Below, in pieces: positions 38,342 through 48,334 of a stretch of 64,000 nt of DNA. The position numbers were made by a program, and so were the translations under genes. This DNA is from an uncultured Desulfospira sp. Lineage in GTDB: Bacteria > Desulfobacterota > Desulfobacteria > Desulfobacterales > Desulfobacteraceae. The stretch's first letter is position 1; the number at the start of each line of letters is the position of its first letter. The notes beneath the pieces are model-generated. The model was given only the letters and a program-made list of their open reading frames with translations. It was not told where the DNA came from and ran no database searches. The stretch is from contig OY760175.1 in the NCBI GenBank assembly GCA_963663165.1, forward strand, positions 2,656,001-2,720,000, written 5' to 3'.

Positions 38342-41304
38342 AACTGTCCGAACTGCTGTGCAAAACAGACCTGCTCAACGGCGTTGGCCTGCCTGAGGAT
38401 TCAGAACCGGTCCGGGCCGTCACTTCCGACTCCCGCCAGGCGGGACCGGGCACGCTGTTTGTGGCCATCAAAGGACATGCGGCCGACGGCCACGATTATA
38501 TGGCAAAGGCCATTGAAAACGGGGCCAGGGCCATTGTGGCCCAGGAAAATCCCCTGAACCTGGACCGGGTATTTTTGGTTAAAGATACGAGAAAAGCCCT
38601 GGCTGACATAGCGGCCCGGTTTTACGGCCATCCGTCAAGAGACATGACCCTTGTGGGGGTCACCGGCACCAACGGCAAAACCACCATCACCTGGCTTTTA
38701 GAAAGCATTTTCACCCGGGCAGGGTTTAACTGCGGGGTGATCGGCACCGTCAACATCCGGTACAACGGACAGGCCACGGACAACCCCATTACCACCCCGG
38801 ATGCCCTGGTGATCCAAAAAACCTTATCTGAAATGAAGGCCGCCGGGGTGACCCATGTGGTCATGGAAGTGTCCTCCCACGGCTTAACCCAGTTCAGGGT
38901 AAATGAATGTGAGTTTAATGCCGGCATCTTTACCAACCTGACCCAGGACCACTTAGACTACCACCCGGACATGGAAGCCTACTTCCTTTGCAAACAAAGC
39001 TTTTTTACGGACTTCATTGCCGTGGGGTCCAAAACCCCCAGCGCGGTCATCAATATAGACCACGCATACGGTATCCGGCTGTCCAAATCCCTGTCCTGCC
39101 CGAAAACCCTGGTGGGCCAGGACCCGGCCGCCCATGTGAAAACCTGTAAAATAACCGATACCATTGAAGGCCTTGCCGGCACCCTTTGCTTTGGGTCTGA
39201 AAAGTTCCCCTTTAAATCCAACCTGACGGGCAAATTCAACCTTGAGAACATCCTTTGTGCCGCCGGTGCAGCCAAAGCCGTGGGCATCGCCCCCCCGGAC
39301 ATCATCAGCGGCATTGAGGCCTGCACCCTGATTCCGGGCCGTCTTGAAAAGATCCCCAATCCCCTGGACCGCTACCTCTTTGTGGATTACGCCCATACCC
39401 CGGATGCCCTGGAATCCATCCTGGACACCTTAAGAAACCGGGCCCCGGGGCGACTGATCACCGTGTTCGGCTGCGGCGGAGACCGGGACCGGACCAAACG
39501 CCCCCTCATGGGCAATATCGCCGGGGAATACAGTGACCTTGCCATTGTCACCTCAGACAACCCGAGGGCTGAAGACCCCGATGCCATCATTGAGGATATT
39601 GTCAAGGGAATGGCCGATACCCCAAAGGCCTTCACCAACGGCCAGGACACCCCAGGCCGGGGCTACCTGGTCTGCCCCGACCGAAAACAGGCCATTGCAA
39701 GAGCACTGGAACTGTCCCGCCCCTCAGACATTGTGGTGGTGGCCGGCAAGGGGCATGAAACCTATCAGATCACGCCCCAGGGGACCATCCACTTTGATGA
39801 TAAAGAAGAGTTGGTCCTGGCCTGCCATGCCTATGAATCAAGGTTTGCCCCCATTCCCTGGCACCTGGATGATCTGTCTAACGCCCTTGGAACAGCGCCT
39901 GTCCTTTCACCTGATGAGGATTCCCCTGTATTTTCAGGAATCAGCACCGACTCCAGAACCATTGAACCGGACCAGGTCTTTTTAAGCTTAAAAGGGGAAA
40001 AATTTGACGGCCACACCTTTATCCCGGACATGATCAAAAAAGGCATCCGGGCTGTCGTGGCCCAGGAAGGCGCCATCTCTGAATCCAAAATAAAGGCCAT
40101 GGCCAAACCACCGGGGATCTTCCTTTTCCTGGTGCCCGACACCCTTGCCGCCTTAGGGCAGCTGGCCCGGTACCAGCGGGACCGTTCAGGGGCCAAGATT
40201 CTTGCCATTACCGGTTCCAGCGGAAAAACCAGCACCCGGAAAATGGTCCAGGAAATCTTCAGGCAAAAATTCCATACCCTGGCCACCAGGGGCAACTTCA
40301 ACAATGAAATCGGGGTGCCTTTAACCCTTTTAAACCTGTCAGACGCCCATGAATGGGCCATTGTCGAAATGGGCATGAACCACATGGGCGAACTGTCACG
40401 GCTGTCCGCCATCGCCTGTCCCGATATAGCGGTGGTCACCAACACCTCCGGCGCCCATCTTGAGGGGCTCGGCACCGTGGAAAACGTGGCCCGGGCCAAG
40501 GCCCAGATTTTCGACCATGCCCGCCAAAACGCCACGGCCATCATTTACGGAGATGACCCCCGGGCAGACATTTTAAAGGAAGGCGCACTGAACAACCCGG
40601 ATATTTCAAATATCCTGTTTTTCGGGTTCCAGTCCTTCAACGCGGTCAGGGCGGAGCAGGTTGAGGTCAAAGAAGACCGCTGCCGGTTTACCCTCAGCAT
40701 CAACGGCAGGACAGCTGCCTGCGGCATCCCTTCTCCGGCATCCTTTATGGTCAACAATGCCCTGGCCGCCGCGGCCGCCGCTTCCCTGGCCGGGATTGAG
40801 CCGCCAACCGTCTGTGAAGGCCTCCAGAAATTCACACCGGAATCCGGCCGCATGAACATTGTCCGGTTCAGCAGCGGCATCACCCTGATTGACGACACCT
40901 ACAACGCCAATCCCGCCTCCGTCACCATGGCCCTGCAGACCCTGGTCCGCCAGGCCGGTGACAAGCCGTCCATTGCCGTTCTCGGGGACATGTTCGAACT
41001 CGGGAAAGACGCCAAAACCTATCACCGGCAAATCGGCAAAACCATTGCCGGACTCAATATCACCCGGTTTTATGCCACCGGCCCTTTAAGTGAATCCACC
41101 TTTAAAGGCGCCCTGGACAACGGGTACCCCAGGGACAGGCTGTTTTACGGGAAAAAACAGGCCATTGCCCAACAGGTGGCCGAAACGGCAGAGCCGGGGG
41201 CATGGATCCTGGTGAAAGGCTCCCGGGGCATGACCATGGAAACCATTGTCCGGGAAATAAAAGAACGGATGAACAACAACAGCAAAACCAAAGGGGCCGC
41301 ATAA
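38338..41304 (+). CDS. murE: Fused MurE-MurF ligase
   Basis: MurE: GTNGKT, DYAHTPD, DNPR, AGKGHE; MurF: STDSR, GSSGKT, NFNNEIG, DTYNANP, KGSRG; one 988-aa frame. Confidence 0.93.
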   Translation: MKLSELLCKTDLLNGVGLPEDSEPVRAVTSDSRQAGPGTLFVAIKGHAADGHDYMAKAIENGARAIVAQENPLNLDRVFLVKDTRKALADIAARFYGHPSRDMTLVGVTGTNGKTTITWLLESIFTRAGFNCGVIGTVNIRYNGQATDNPITTPDALVIQKTLSEMKAAGVTHVVMEVSSHGLTQFRVNECEFNAGIFTNLTQDHLDYHPDMEAYFLCKQSFFTDFIAVGSKTPSAVINIDHAYGIRLSKSLSCPKTLVGQDPAAHVKTCKITDTIEGLAGTLCFGSEKFPFKSNLTGKFNLENILCAAGAAKAVGIAPPDIISGIEACTLIPGRLEKIPNPLDRYLFVDYAHTPDALESILDTLRNRAPGRLITVFGCGGDRDRTKRPLMGNIAGEYSDLAIVTSDNPRAEDPDAIIEDIVKGMADTPKAFTNGQDTPGRGYLVCPDRKQAIARALELSRPSDIVVVAGKGHETYQITPQGTIHFDDKEELVLACHAYESRFAPIPWHLDDLSNALGTAPVLSPDEDSPVFSGISTDSRTIEPDQVFLSLKGEKFDGHTFIPDMIKKGIRAVVAQEGAISESKIKAMAKPPGIFLFLVPDTLAALGQLARYQRDRSGAKILAITGSSGKTSTRKMVQEIFRQKFHTLATRGNFNNEIGVPLTLLNLSDAHEWAIVEMGMNHMGELSRLSAIACPDIAVVTNTSGAHLEGLGTVENVARAKAQIFDHARQNATAIIYGDDPRADILKEGALNNPDISNILFFGFQSFNAVRAEQVEVKEDRCRFTLSINGRTAACGIPSPASFMVNNALAAAAAASLAGIEPPTVCEGLQKFTPESGRMNIVRFSSGITLIDDTYNANPASVTMALQTLVRQAGDKPSIAVLGDMFELGKDAKTYHRQIGKTIAGLNITRFYATGPLSESTFKGALDNGYPRDRLFYGKKQAIAQQVAETAEPGAWILVKGSRGMTMETIVREIKERMNNNSKTKGAA

Positions 41305-41309
41305 CATCC

Positions 41310-42389
41310 ATGTTTTATGAGTTCATATATCCCTTTCATGACCAGTTCAGTTTTCTGAATATCTTCCGGTATATCACCTTCAGGACCATCTACGGCGGGC
41401 TGACGGCGTTTATCATCTGCCTGATTTTAGGCCCCTTTGCCATCCGGCTGCTGTCCACCATGCAGATCGGCCAGATCATCCAGACCGACGGCCCCCAGAC
41501 CCACCTGGAAAAACAGGGTACCCCCACCATGGGCGGAATACTGATCCTGTTTTCCGTTCTGGCCTCCACTTTTTTATGGGGGAATCTATCCAACCATTAC
41601 GTGGGCATCCTGATCCTGACCACCATCCTGTTCGGGGCCATCGGATTCATTGACGACTACCTGATGCAGGTCAAAAAAAGAAACATGGGGTTTACCGCCC
41701 GGGGCAAATTCACCCTTCAGGTAGGCTTCAGCCTGGTGATTGCCTGGCTGATCTACCAGTGCCCGGATTTTAACACCACCCTGACCATCCCGTTTTTCAA
41801 AAATTTCTCTCCGGAGCTGGGGATCTGGTATATCCCCTTTGCCTGCCTGGTCATTGTGGGAACCTCCAATGCCGTTAACCTCACCGACGGGCTGGATGGC
41901 CTGGCCATCGGCCCCTTTATCGTGGCGTCGGTCACCTATATGCTGTTTGCCTATGTGGCCGGCCACAACCAGTTTGCCGATTACCTTCATATCCGGCACA
42001 TTACCTCGGCCGGGGAAGTCTGCGTGATCTGCGGGGTCCTGGCCGGGGCCGGCATGGGGTTTCTGTGGTTTAACGCCCACCCGGCCCAGGTGTTTATGGG
42101 GGATTCGGGCTCCCTTCCCCTGGGCGCCATTTTAGGAACCATTGCCATTGTGACCAAGCAGGAAATTCTGCTTTTGATCGTCGGGGGACTGTTTGTGATC
42201 GAAGCCCTGTCCGTGATCATCCAGGTCTCCTATTTTAAACTGACCAAGGGGAAACGCATCTTCCGGATGGCCCCCCTGCACCATCATTTTGAACTCAAAG
42301 GCTGGCACGAATCCAAGGTCATTGTCCGGTTCTGGATCATTTCCATTACCCTGGCGTTAATCTCCCTGAGTACCCTGAAAATAAGATGA
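41310..42389 (+). CDS. mraY: Phospho-MurNAc-pentapeptide transferase
   Basis: KQGTPTMGG, NLTDGLDGL, FMGDSGS, MAPLHHHFE; start 41310. Confidence 0.96.
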   Translation: MFYEFIYPFHDQFSFLNIFRYITFRTIYGGLTAFIICLILGPFAIRLLSTMQIGQIIQTDGPQTHLEKQGTPTMGGILILFSVLASTFLWGNLSNHYVGILILTTILFGAIGFIDDYLMQVKKRNMGFTARGKFTLQVGFSLVIAWLIYQCPDFNTTLTIPFFKNFSPELGIWYIPFACLVIVGTSNAVNLTDGLDGLAIGPFIVASVTYMLFAYVAGHNQFADYLHIRHITSAGEVCVICGVLAGAGMGFLWFNAHPAQVFMGDSGSLPLGAILGTIAIVTKQEILLLIVGGLFVIEALSVIIQVSYFKLTKGKRIFRMAPLHHHFELKGWHESKVIVRFWIISITLALISLSTLKIR

Positions 42390-43771
42390 AGAACAAATCA
42401 CAGGCATATTATTTAATTGTCGGCATGGGCCGTTCCGGCCTGTCCATGGCAAAATTTCTTCATTCCAAAGGGGAAGCGGTAAAGGCCACGGATATTGATC
42501 CTTCTAAAACCCTTGCCCAGACCGAACTTGACCGCCTTGGCATTGACACCCAGGTGGGGTTCCATGACCAGGCCTTTTTTGATAAAGCCCATACCTTAGT
42601 GGTCAGCCCGGGCATCCCGCTGACCGTTTCTTTTATTCAAAATGCCCAAAAAAAAGGCGTAAAGGTCACGGGCGAGCTGGATATTTTCAGCCAATACAAC
42701 ACCACCCCGGTGATTGCCGTGACCGGCACCAACGGAAAGACCACCACCACCACCCTGATCCGGGACATCATGGCCCAAAGCGGGCTTAAGGTCTTTACCG
42801 GCGGCAACATCGGCACCCCCCTGATGGCGTACCTGCTGTCCGGTGATCCCTGTGACGTGGTGGTGGCTGAAATTTCGAGTTTTCAGCTGGACCTGTCCCA
42901 GAACTTTCATCCTGATGTGGCGGTGCTGCTCAACATCACCGACGACCATCTGGACCGGTATGAGGATTTCAGGGCCTACGAAGATTCAAAATATTCCATT
43001 TTCAAAAACCAGACACCGGCAGATGCCGCTGTGATCAACCGGGATATGGCCGGATATCCGGAAAAAAAGAGCACCATACCATCTACCATTTATGAATTTT
43101 CCGCCCAGTCCCAGGTGGCATCAGGGGCCGCCATCCATGAAAATGCGGTCACCCTTTCAATGCCCCAGATCTCAAATCCGGATGAAAGCCAAATCCCCTG
43201 CGGGCACTTCACAGGCCTGCAAGGGGGCCACAACCGGGAAAACCTGGCCGCAGCGGCCATAGCCTGCCTCTGTGCCGGGGCCTGCGTTTCCGGCCTGATC
43301 CGGGCCCTGGAGAATTTCAAAGGGCTTTCCCACAGAATTGCCTTTGTCCGGGAACTGGATCAGATCAAGTTTTATAACGATTCCAAAGCCACCAACACCG
43401 ACGCCGTGGTCCGGGCCGTTCAGGCCCTGTCTGAAGGCATGGATGGCAAAAAGATCATCCTCATCCTGGGCGGCCGGGAAAAGGGGCTTGATTTTGCCCC
43501 CCTGGTTCCCGTGGTCCGGGACCGGGTCAAGCTGATCCTGGCCATTGGTGAGGCCTCTGCTCATGTCACAGAAGACTTTCAGTCCCTTTGCCCGGTTCTG
43601 ACCCCACAGGACATGGCCCAGGCGGTCCAATCCGCCCGCAGCGCCGGGGAGCCCGGGGACATTGTGCTCCTTTCCCCGGCCTGTGCCAGCTTTGACATGT
43701 ACGAAAACTATGAAGCCCGGGGCCGTGATTTTACCGAGCAGGTCAACCAGCTGGAGGCCATCCATGCATAA
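42386..43771 (+). CDS. murD: UDP-MurNAc-L-Ala:D-Glu ligase
   Basis: SPGIP, GTNGKT, EISSFQL, NDSKATN, SPACASFD. Confidence 0.96.
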   Translation: MKNKSQAYYLIVGMGRSGLSMAKFLHSKGEAVKATDIDPSKTLAQTELDRLGIDTQVGFHDQAFFDKAHTLVVSPGIPLTVSFIQNAQKKGVKVTGELDIFSQYNTTPVIAVTGTNGKTTTTTLIRDIMAQSGLKVFTGGNIGTPLMAYLLSGDPCDVVVAEISSFQLDLSQNFHPDVAVLLNITDDHLDRYEDFRAYEDSKYSIFKNQTPADAAVINRDMAGYPEKKSTIPSTIYEFSAQSQVASGAAIHENAVTLSMPQISNPDESQIPCGHFTGLQGGHNRENLAAAAIACLCAGACVSGLIRALENFKGLSHRIAFVRELDQIKFYNDSKATNTDAVVRAVQALSEGMDGKKIILILGGREKGLDFAPLVPVVRDRVKLILAIGEASAHVTEDFQSLCPVLTPQDMAQAVQSARSAGEPGDIVLLSPACASFDMYENYEARGRDFTEQVNQLEAIHA

Positions 43772-43851
43772 CCTGAAGCATTCTAGTTTCCAGCCCCCGG
43801 TCTTCGCATTTTTGTTTCTTGTTTCCAGTTTCCGGTTTCTTGGGGGTTGCC

Positions 43852-44970
43852 ATGCATAATATCGCAGCCACCCACCCGGTGTTAAGCGAGAAAGGGCTCC
43901 TCTTTCCGGTGCTGCTGCTGTGCGGCATCGGCATTACCATGGTCTGTTCCGCCTCCTGCGCCATCAGCCTGGAGACCCACAACACCCTTTACTACTATAT
44001 GCAGCGACAGGCTGTCTTTTTTGCCCTCAGTTTAGGGGTAATGTTCACGGCCGCCTCCCTGCCCTTCAGGCTGTACAAGAGCCTTGCCTGGATCATTCTG
44101 CTGTCTTCCATTCTGTTGCTGATTCTGGTTCTGGTGCCGGCATTAAGGGTCAAGGCCGGCGGCGCCTGCCGGTGGCTGAACCTGTTCGGGTTCACCTTTC
44201 AGCCGGCTGAATTTGCAAAACTGGCCCTGATCATCTTCATGGCCTATTCCCTTTCCAAGAAACAGCCGGCCATCCACGACTTTTCCATTGGGTTTGTCCC
44301 CCATTTTATGATTTATCTGCTGTTTGCAGGGCTGATCCTGCTTCAGCCGGACTTTGGCACCATCGTGGTCATGGGAATGATCTGCTGGGGCATGATGTTT
44401 GTGGCCGGGGTAAAGATCCTTCACCTGTTAAGCCCCCTGCCCCTGCTCATCCCGGCCGTCTATTTCCTGGTGTTTAAGGTGGACTACAGGCTCCAGCGGA
44501 TCATGACCTTTATGAACGCCTGGGATGACCCCTACAACACGGGCTACCAGATTACCCAGTCCCTTAAGGCCTTTGGGGCCGGGGGGCTGACCGGAAGGGG
44601 GTTAGGGCTGGGCATCCAGAAAATGCACTATCTGCCCGAACCCCACACGGATTTTATCCTTTCCATTATCGGAGAGGAGCTGGGGTTTTTCGGGGTGGTA
44701 TTTATCCTGGTCCTTTACGCGGTCATCCTGATCAAGGGCAGTAAAATTGCCAGAAATTCCCAAGACATGTTCGGCGCTGTGGCCGCCGCCGGCCTGACCA
44801 TTTATCTGGGTATCCAGGTGGTCATCAATGCCGGCGTCACCCTGGGGGTCCTTCCCACCAAAGGGCTGACCCTGCCCTTTATCTCTTACGGGGGGACCTC
44901 ATTGCTCGTGAACATGGCCGGCATCGGCATTTTAATGAATATCGGGGCATCGGTGAGACATGGCAAATAA
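43852..44970 (+). CDS. ftsW: SEDS glycosyltransferase FtsW
   Basis: QPAEFAK, QPDFGT, LPEPHTDFI, PFISYGG; start 43852. Confidence 0.95.
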   Translation: MHNIAATHPVLSEKGLLFPVLLLCGIGITMVCSASCAISLETHNTLYYYMQRQAVFFALSLGVMFTAASLPFRLYKSLAWIILLSSILLLILVLVPALRVKAGGACRWLNLFGFTFQPAEFAKLALIIFMAYSLSKKQPAIHDFSIGFVPHFMIYLLFAGLILLQPDFGTIVVMGMICWGMMFVAGVKILHLLSPLPLLIPAVYFLVFKVDYRLQRIMTFMNAWDDPYNTGYQITQSLKAFGAGGLTGRGLGLGIQKMHYLPEPHTDFILSIIGEELGFFGVVFILVLYAVILIKGSKIARNSQDMFGAVAAAGLTIYLGIQVVINAGVTLGVLPTKGLTLPFISYGGTSLLVNMAGIGILMNIGASVRHGK

Positions 44971-46051
44971 TCCCAACATTCTCATAGCCGGCGGAAAAAC
45001 AGGCGGCCACCTGTTTCCCGGCATTGCCACGGTCCAGGCCCTGGAATCCATGGCCCCGGGATGCCGGGTCCTGTTTGTGGGAACCAATGCCCCCTTTGAG
45101 GTGGATACCCTGGCCCAATACGGATACTCACACCAGACCATCCTGGCCGCACCGGTCAAGGGCGGCAGCCCTTTTGCCAAAGCCAAGGCCGTGGCCCTGA
45201 GCCTGATTTCCCTTTTTCAGGCCCTGATCCTGCTGCTGCGGGTAAGGCCCGCCTTTGTGCTGGGCGTAGGCGCTTACTCCTCTTTTACCCTGGTCCTGGC
45301 AGCCTGGATACTGCGGATCCCGAGGGCCCTGCAGGAGCAGAACACCATCCCCGGCATTACCAACCGGCTGTTGTCACGGTTTGTTCCCGTGGTCTTTACG
45401 GCCTTTGAAACCACCCGGTATATCCCTGAAGCCAAGACCCGGTGGGTGGGCAACCCCATGCGAAAATCCACTCCGGCGGCTTTAACCGATGACCTGCCGG
45501 ATATCCCGGAAAATTGTTTTGTCATCCTGGTCACCGGGGGAAGCCAGGGTGCCGCCAGCATCAACCGGGCGGTTCTGGATATGGCCAAACAGCTGGAGAA
45601 TCAGTCTGATCTGTTTATCATCCACCAGACCGGAACCCTGGATGAAAAAATGGTTGAACAGGCCTATGCCAAACTGAACATCAACGCCCACAGCGCCGCC
45701 TTTTTCCATGACATGCCAAGCCTTCAGGAAAGAGCCGATTTGGTCATTGCAAGGTCCGGGGCCGGCACCATTTCAGAGTTGGCCGTCAAAGGGTGCCCGG
45801 CCATCTTCATTCCCTTTCCCCATGCCGCCGACGACCACCAGACCTTTAATGCCGTGGATTTAGAAAAAAAAGGGGCGGCCCTGGTGACGGCGGATAAAGA
45901 CCTTTCAGGGGACCGGCTGGCTGGCCTGGTCCTGGACCTTAAAAACCACCCGGAAAAACGTTCGGCCATGTCAACAGCCATGAAACAAACCGCCATGCCC
46001 CAAGCGGCCCAGACCATTGCCGCCTATATTTTAGAGGAGATCAAAGGATAA
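44960..46051 (+). CDS. murG: MurG glycosyltransferase
   Basis: GGKTGGHLFP, EQN, GGSQGA, RSGAGT. Confidence 0.95.
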   Translation: MANNPNILIAGGKTGGHLFPGIATVQALESMAPGCRVLFVGTNAPFEVDTLAQYGYSHQTILAAPVKGGSPFAKAKAVALSLISLFQALILLLRVRPAFVLGVGAYSSFTLVLAAWILRIPRALQEQNTIPGITNRLLSRFVPVVFTAFETTRYIPEAKTRWVGNPMRKSTPAALTDDLPDIPENCFVILVTGGSQGAASINRAVLDMAKQLENQSDLFIIHQTGTLDEKMVEQAYAKLNINAHSAAFFHDMPSLQERADLVIARSGAGTISELAVKGCPAIFIPFPHAADDHQTFNAVDLEKKGAALVTADKDLSGDRLAGLVLDLKNHPEKRSAMSTAMKQTAMPQAAQTIAAYILEEIKG

Positions 46052-46055
46052 CTTA

Positions 46056-47423
46056 ATGTATCAGCACGACTACCATATTCATTTTGTCGGCATCGGCGGC
46101 ATCGGCATGAGCGGCATTGCCGAGCTTCTGTTAAACCTGGGATACCAGGTGTCAGGCTCGGATTTAAAGCTGTCCCACATCACCGAACGCCTCACCCGGA
46201 AAGGGGCAAAAATTTTCAAAGGCCATGCCAAAGACCAGGTAAAGGGGGCCAACGTGGTGGTGACCTCTTCGGCCATTTCCGGCAAAAACCCGGAGGTCAT
46301 CCGGGCAAAGGAGCTTTCCATCCCCATTATCCCCAGGGCTGAGATGCTGGCTGAGCTCATGCGCATCAAATACTCCATTGCCGTATCCGGGGCCCATGGC
46401 AAGACCTCCACCACCTCCATGATCTCCCAGATCCTCAACACCGCAGGCCTTGACCCCACCGTGATCGTGGGTGGGCTGCTCCAGGGCCTTGACACCAATG
46501 CCCTGCACGGCAAAGGCGAGTTTATCGTGGCCGAGGCCGATGAGAGCGACGGATCGTTTTTGAAATATGCCCCGGCCATTGCCGCGGTCACCAATATCGA
46601 TCTGGAACATCTTGATTTTTATAAAGACATTGAAGATATCAAGGACAAATTTGTCCAGTTCATCAACTCGGTCCCCTTTTACGGCTTGGCGGTTCTCTGC
46701 CTGGACAATCCCCATATTCAGGATATCCTGCCCCGGATCAGGGTGAGATACACCACCTTCGGCATGACGGCCCAGTCCGACCTCAAGGCCCGGGACATAC
46801 AGTTTGAAAACGGCAAAAGCCGCTTCAAAGTCATCAGCCATGACCAGCTGTTGGGGGAAATCAAACTCAATATTGCCGGCCAGCACAATATTTCCAATGC
46901 CCTGGCCGGTATTGCCGTGGCCCTGGAATTAAAAGTTCCCTTTGCCGTCATTAAAGCGGCTTTAGAAGAAATCAAAGGGGTTAAACGGCGCCTGGAAATC
47001 AAGGGAAAGACAAAGGATTTCCTGGTCATGGACGATTACGGCCACCACCCCACGGAGATTGCCGCCACCTTGAATGCGGTCCGGCAAAGTTACCCGGACA
47101 AACGGCTGGTGGTCCTGTTCCAGCCCCACCGGTATACAAGGACCAGAGCCCTGTTTGCCGAATTTACCCGCTCTTTTTACCAATCTGATGTCCTGGTGCT
47201 CTTGCCCATTTATGCGGCCAGTGAACACCCCATTGAAGGGGTCGGCTCAGAACACCTGGCAGAGGGGATCAAGGCCCATGGCCACAAGGACGTCTCCTTT
47301 GCCCCTGATTTTAACCAGGCCTTGTCCATGATCACCCACAAGGCCCAAAAAGGGGATCTGATCCTGACCCTGGGGGCAGGAGATGTGTATACCCTTGGCG
47401 AAAAACTGGTGGAGATATTATAG
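46056..47423 (+). CDS. murC: UDP-MurNAc:L-Ala ligase
   Basis: GIGGIGMSG, GAHGKT, EADESD, DDYGHHPTE. Confidence 0.97.
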   Translation: MYQHDYHIHFVGIGGIGMSGIAELLLNLGYQVSGSDLKLSHITERLTRKGAKIFKGHAKDQVKGANVVVTSSAISGKNPEVIRAKELSIPIIPRAEMLAELMRIKYSIAVSGAHGKTSTTSMISQILNTAGLDPTVIVGGLLQGLDTNALHGKGEFIVAEADESDGSFLKYAPAIAAVTNIDLEHLDFYKDIEDIKDKFVQFINSVPFYGLAVLCLDNPHIQDILPRIRVRYTTFGMTAQSDLKARDIQFENGKSRFKVISHDQLLGEIKLNIAGQHNISNALAGIAVALELKVPFAVIKAALEEIKGVKRRLEIKGKTKDFLVMDDYGHHPTEIAATLNAVRQSYPDKRLVVLFQPHRYTRTRALFAEFTRSFYQSDVLVLLPIYAASEHPIEGVGSEHLAEGIKAHGHKDVSFAPDFNQALSMITHKAQKGDLILTLGAGDVYTLGEKLVEIL

Positions 47424-47425
47424 CC

Positions 47426-48334
47426 ATGGAATTAAATGAAAATTATCAGCAATTCAGAGAACAGTTCAGCCTTTTGTCCATGGAGCCCTTGAAAAAATAC
47501 ACCACCTTCAGGGTGGGCGGGCCGGCCGATCTTCTGGCCGTGCCCGGATCGGTTCAGCAGCTTAAAGACCTGCTCAAAGCCGCCAGGCAGCGGCAGATAC
47601 CCGTCACCATCCTGGGGGGCGGCGCCAACACCCTGGTGTCCGATGAGGGGATCAGGGGGCTGGTCCTTGTCCTGAAACGGTTACGGGCCCGGCTTGATGT
47701 GGTTGATGCCCACAAAGTCATGGCCTTTAGCGGCGAATCCCTGGCTGCCGTGGTAAGGTTTTCATCAGATCAGGGACTGTCCGGCCTTGAATTTGCCACC
47801 GGCATCCCCGGCACCATCGGGGGGGCCGTGATAATGAATGCCGGGACAAAAGACAAGTGGATGAGCCATGTGCTGTCGTCCATTGATGTCATGGACCCGG
47901 AATCCCTTGAGGTGGAAACCATTCCGGCCAAAGATCTGCGGTTTGAATATCGAAAGCTTGACCTGCCCGGCAAAATCATCATTTCAGTCATGCTCGACCT
48001 TGTTCCCGGGGATCCTGGGGCCATTAAAGAAAAGATTCAGGCCCACCAGGAACAAAAACGGCTGACCCAGCCCATTGCCGAGGCCAGCGCCGGATGTTTT
48101 TTTAAAAACCCCTCCCCGGACAAGCCCGCCGGCAAGCTCATTGAGGAGGCGGGCCTCAAGGGAATGGAATTAAACGGGGCCAAGGTGTCCGACCTTCACG
48201 CCAACTTTATTGTGAACACAGGGAATGCCTCGTGCAAAGACATTCTGGCATTAAGCGAAAAGGTTAAACAAGCCGTATTTGAAACATTTAACATCACACT
48301 GGAAACAGAAATAAAGGTGACAGGCCATGAGTAA
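47426..48334 (+). CDS. murB: UDP-N-acetylenolpyruvoylglucosamine reductase
   Basis: TTFRVGGPA, GIPGTIGG..MNAG, FFKNP, HANF. Confidence 0.95.
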   Translation: MELNENYQQFREQFSLLSMEPLKKYTTFRVGGPADLLAVPGSVQQLKDLLKAARQRQIPVTILGGGANTLVSDEGIRGLVLVLKRLRARLDVVDAHKVMAFSGESLAAVVRFSSDQGLSGLEFATGIPGTIGGAVIMNAGTKDKWMSHVLSSIDVMDPESLEVETIPAKDLRFEYRKLDLPGKIIISVMLDLVPGDPGAIKEKIQAHQEQKRLTQPIAEASAGCFFKNPSPDKPAGKLIEEAGLKGMELNGAKVSDLHANFIVNTGNASCKDILALSEKVKQAVFETFNITLETEIKVTGHE

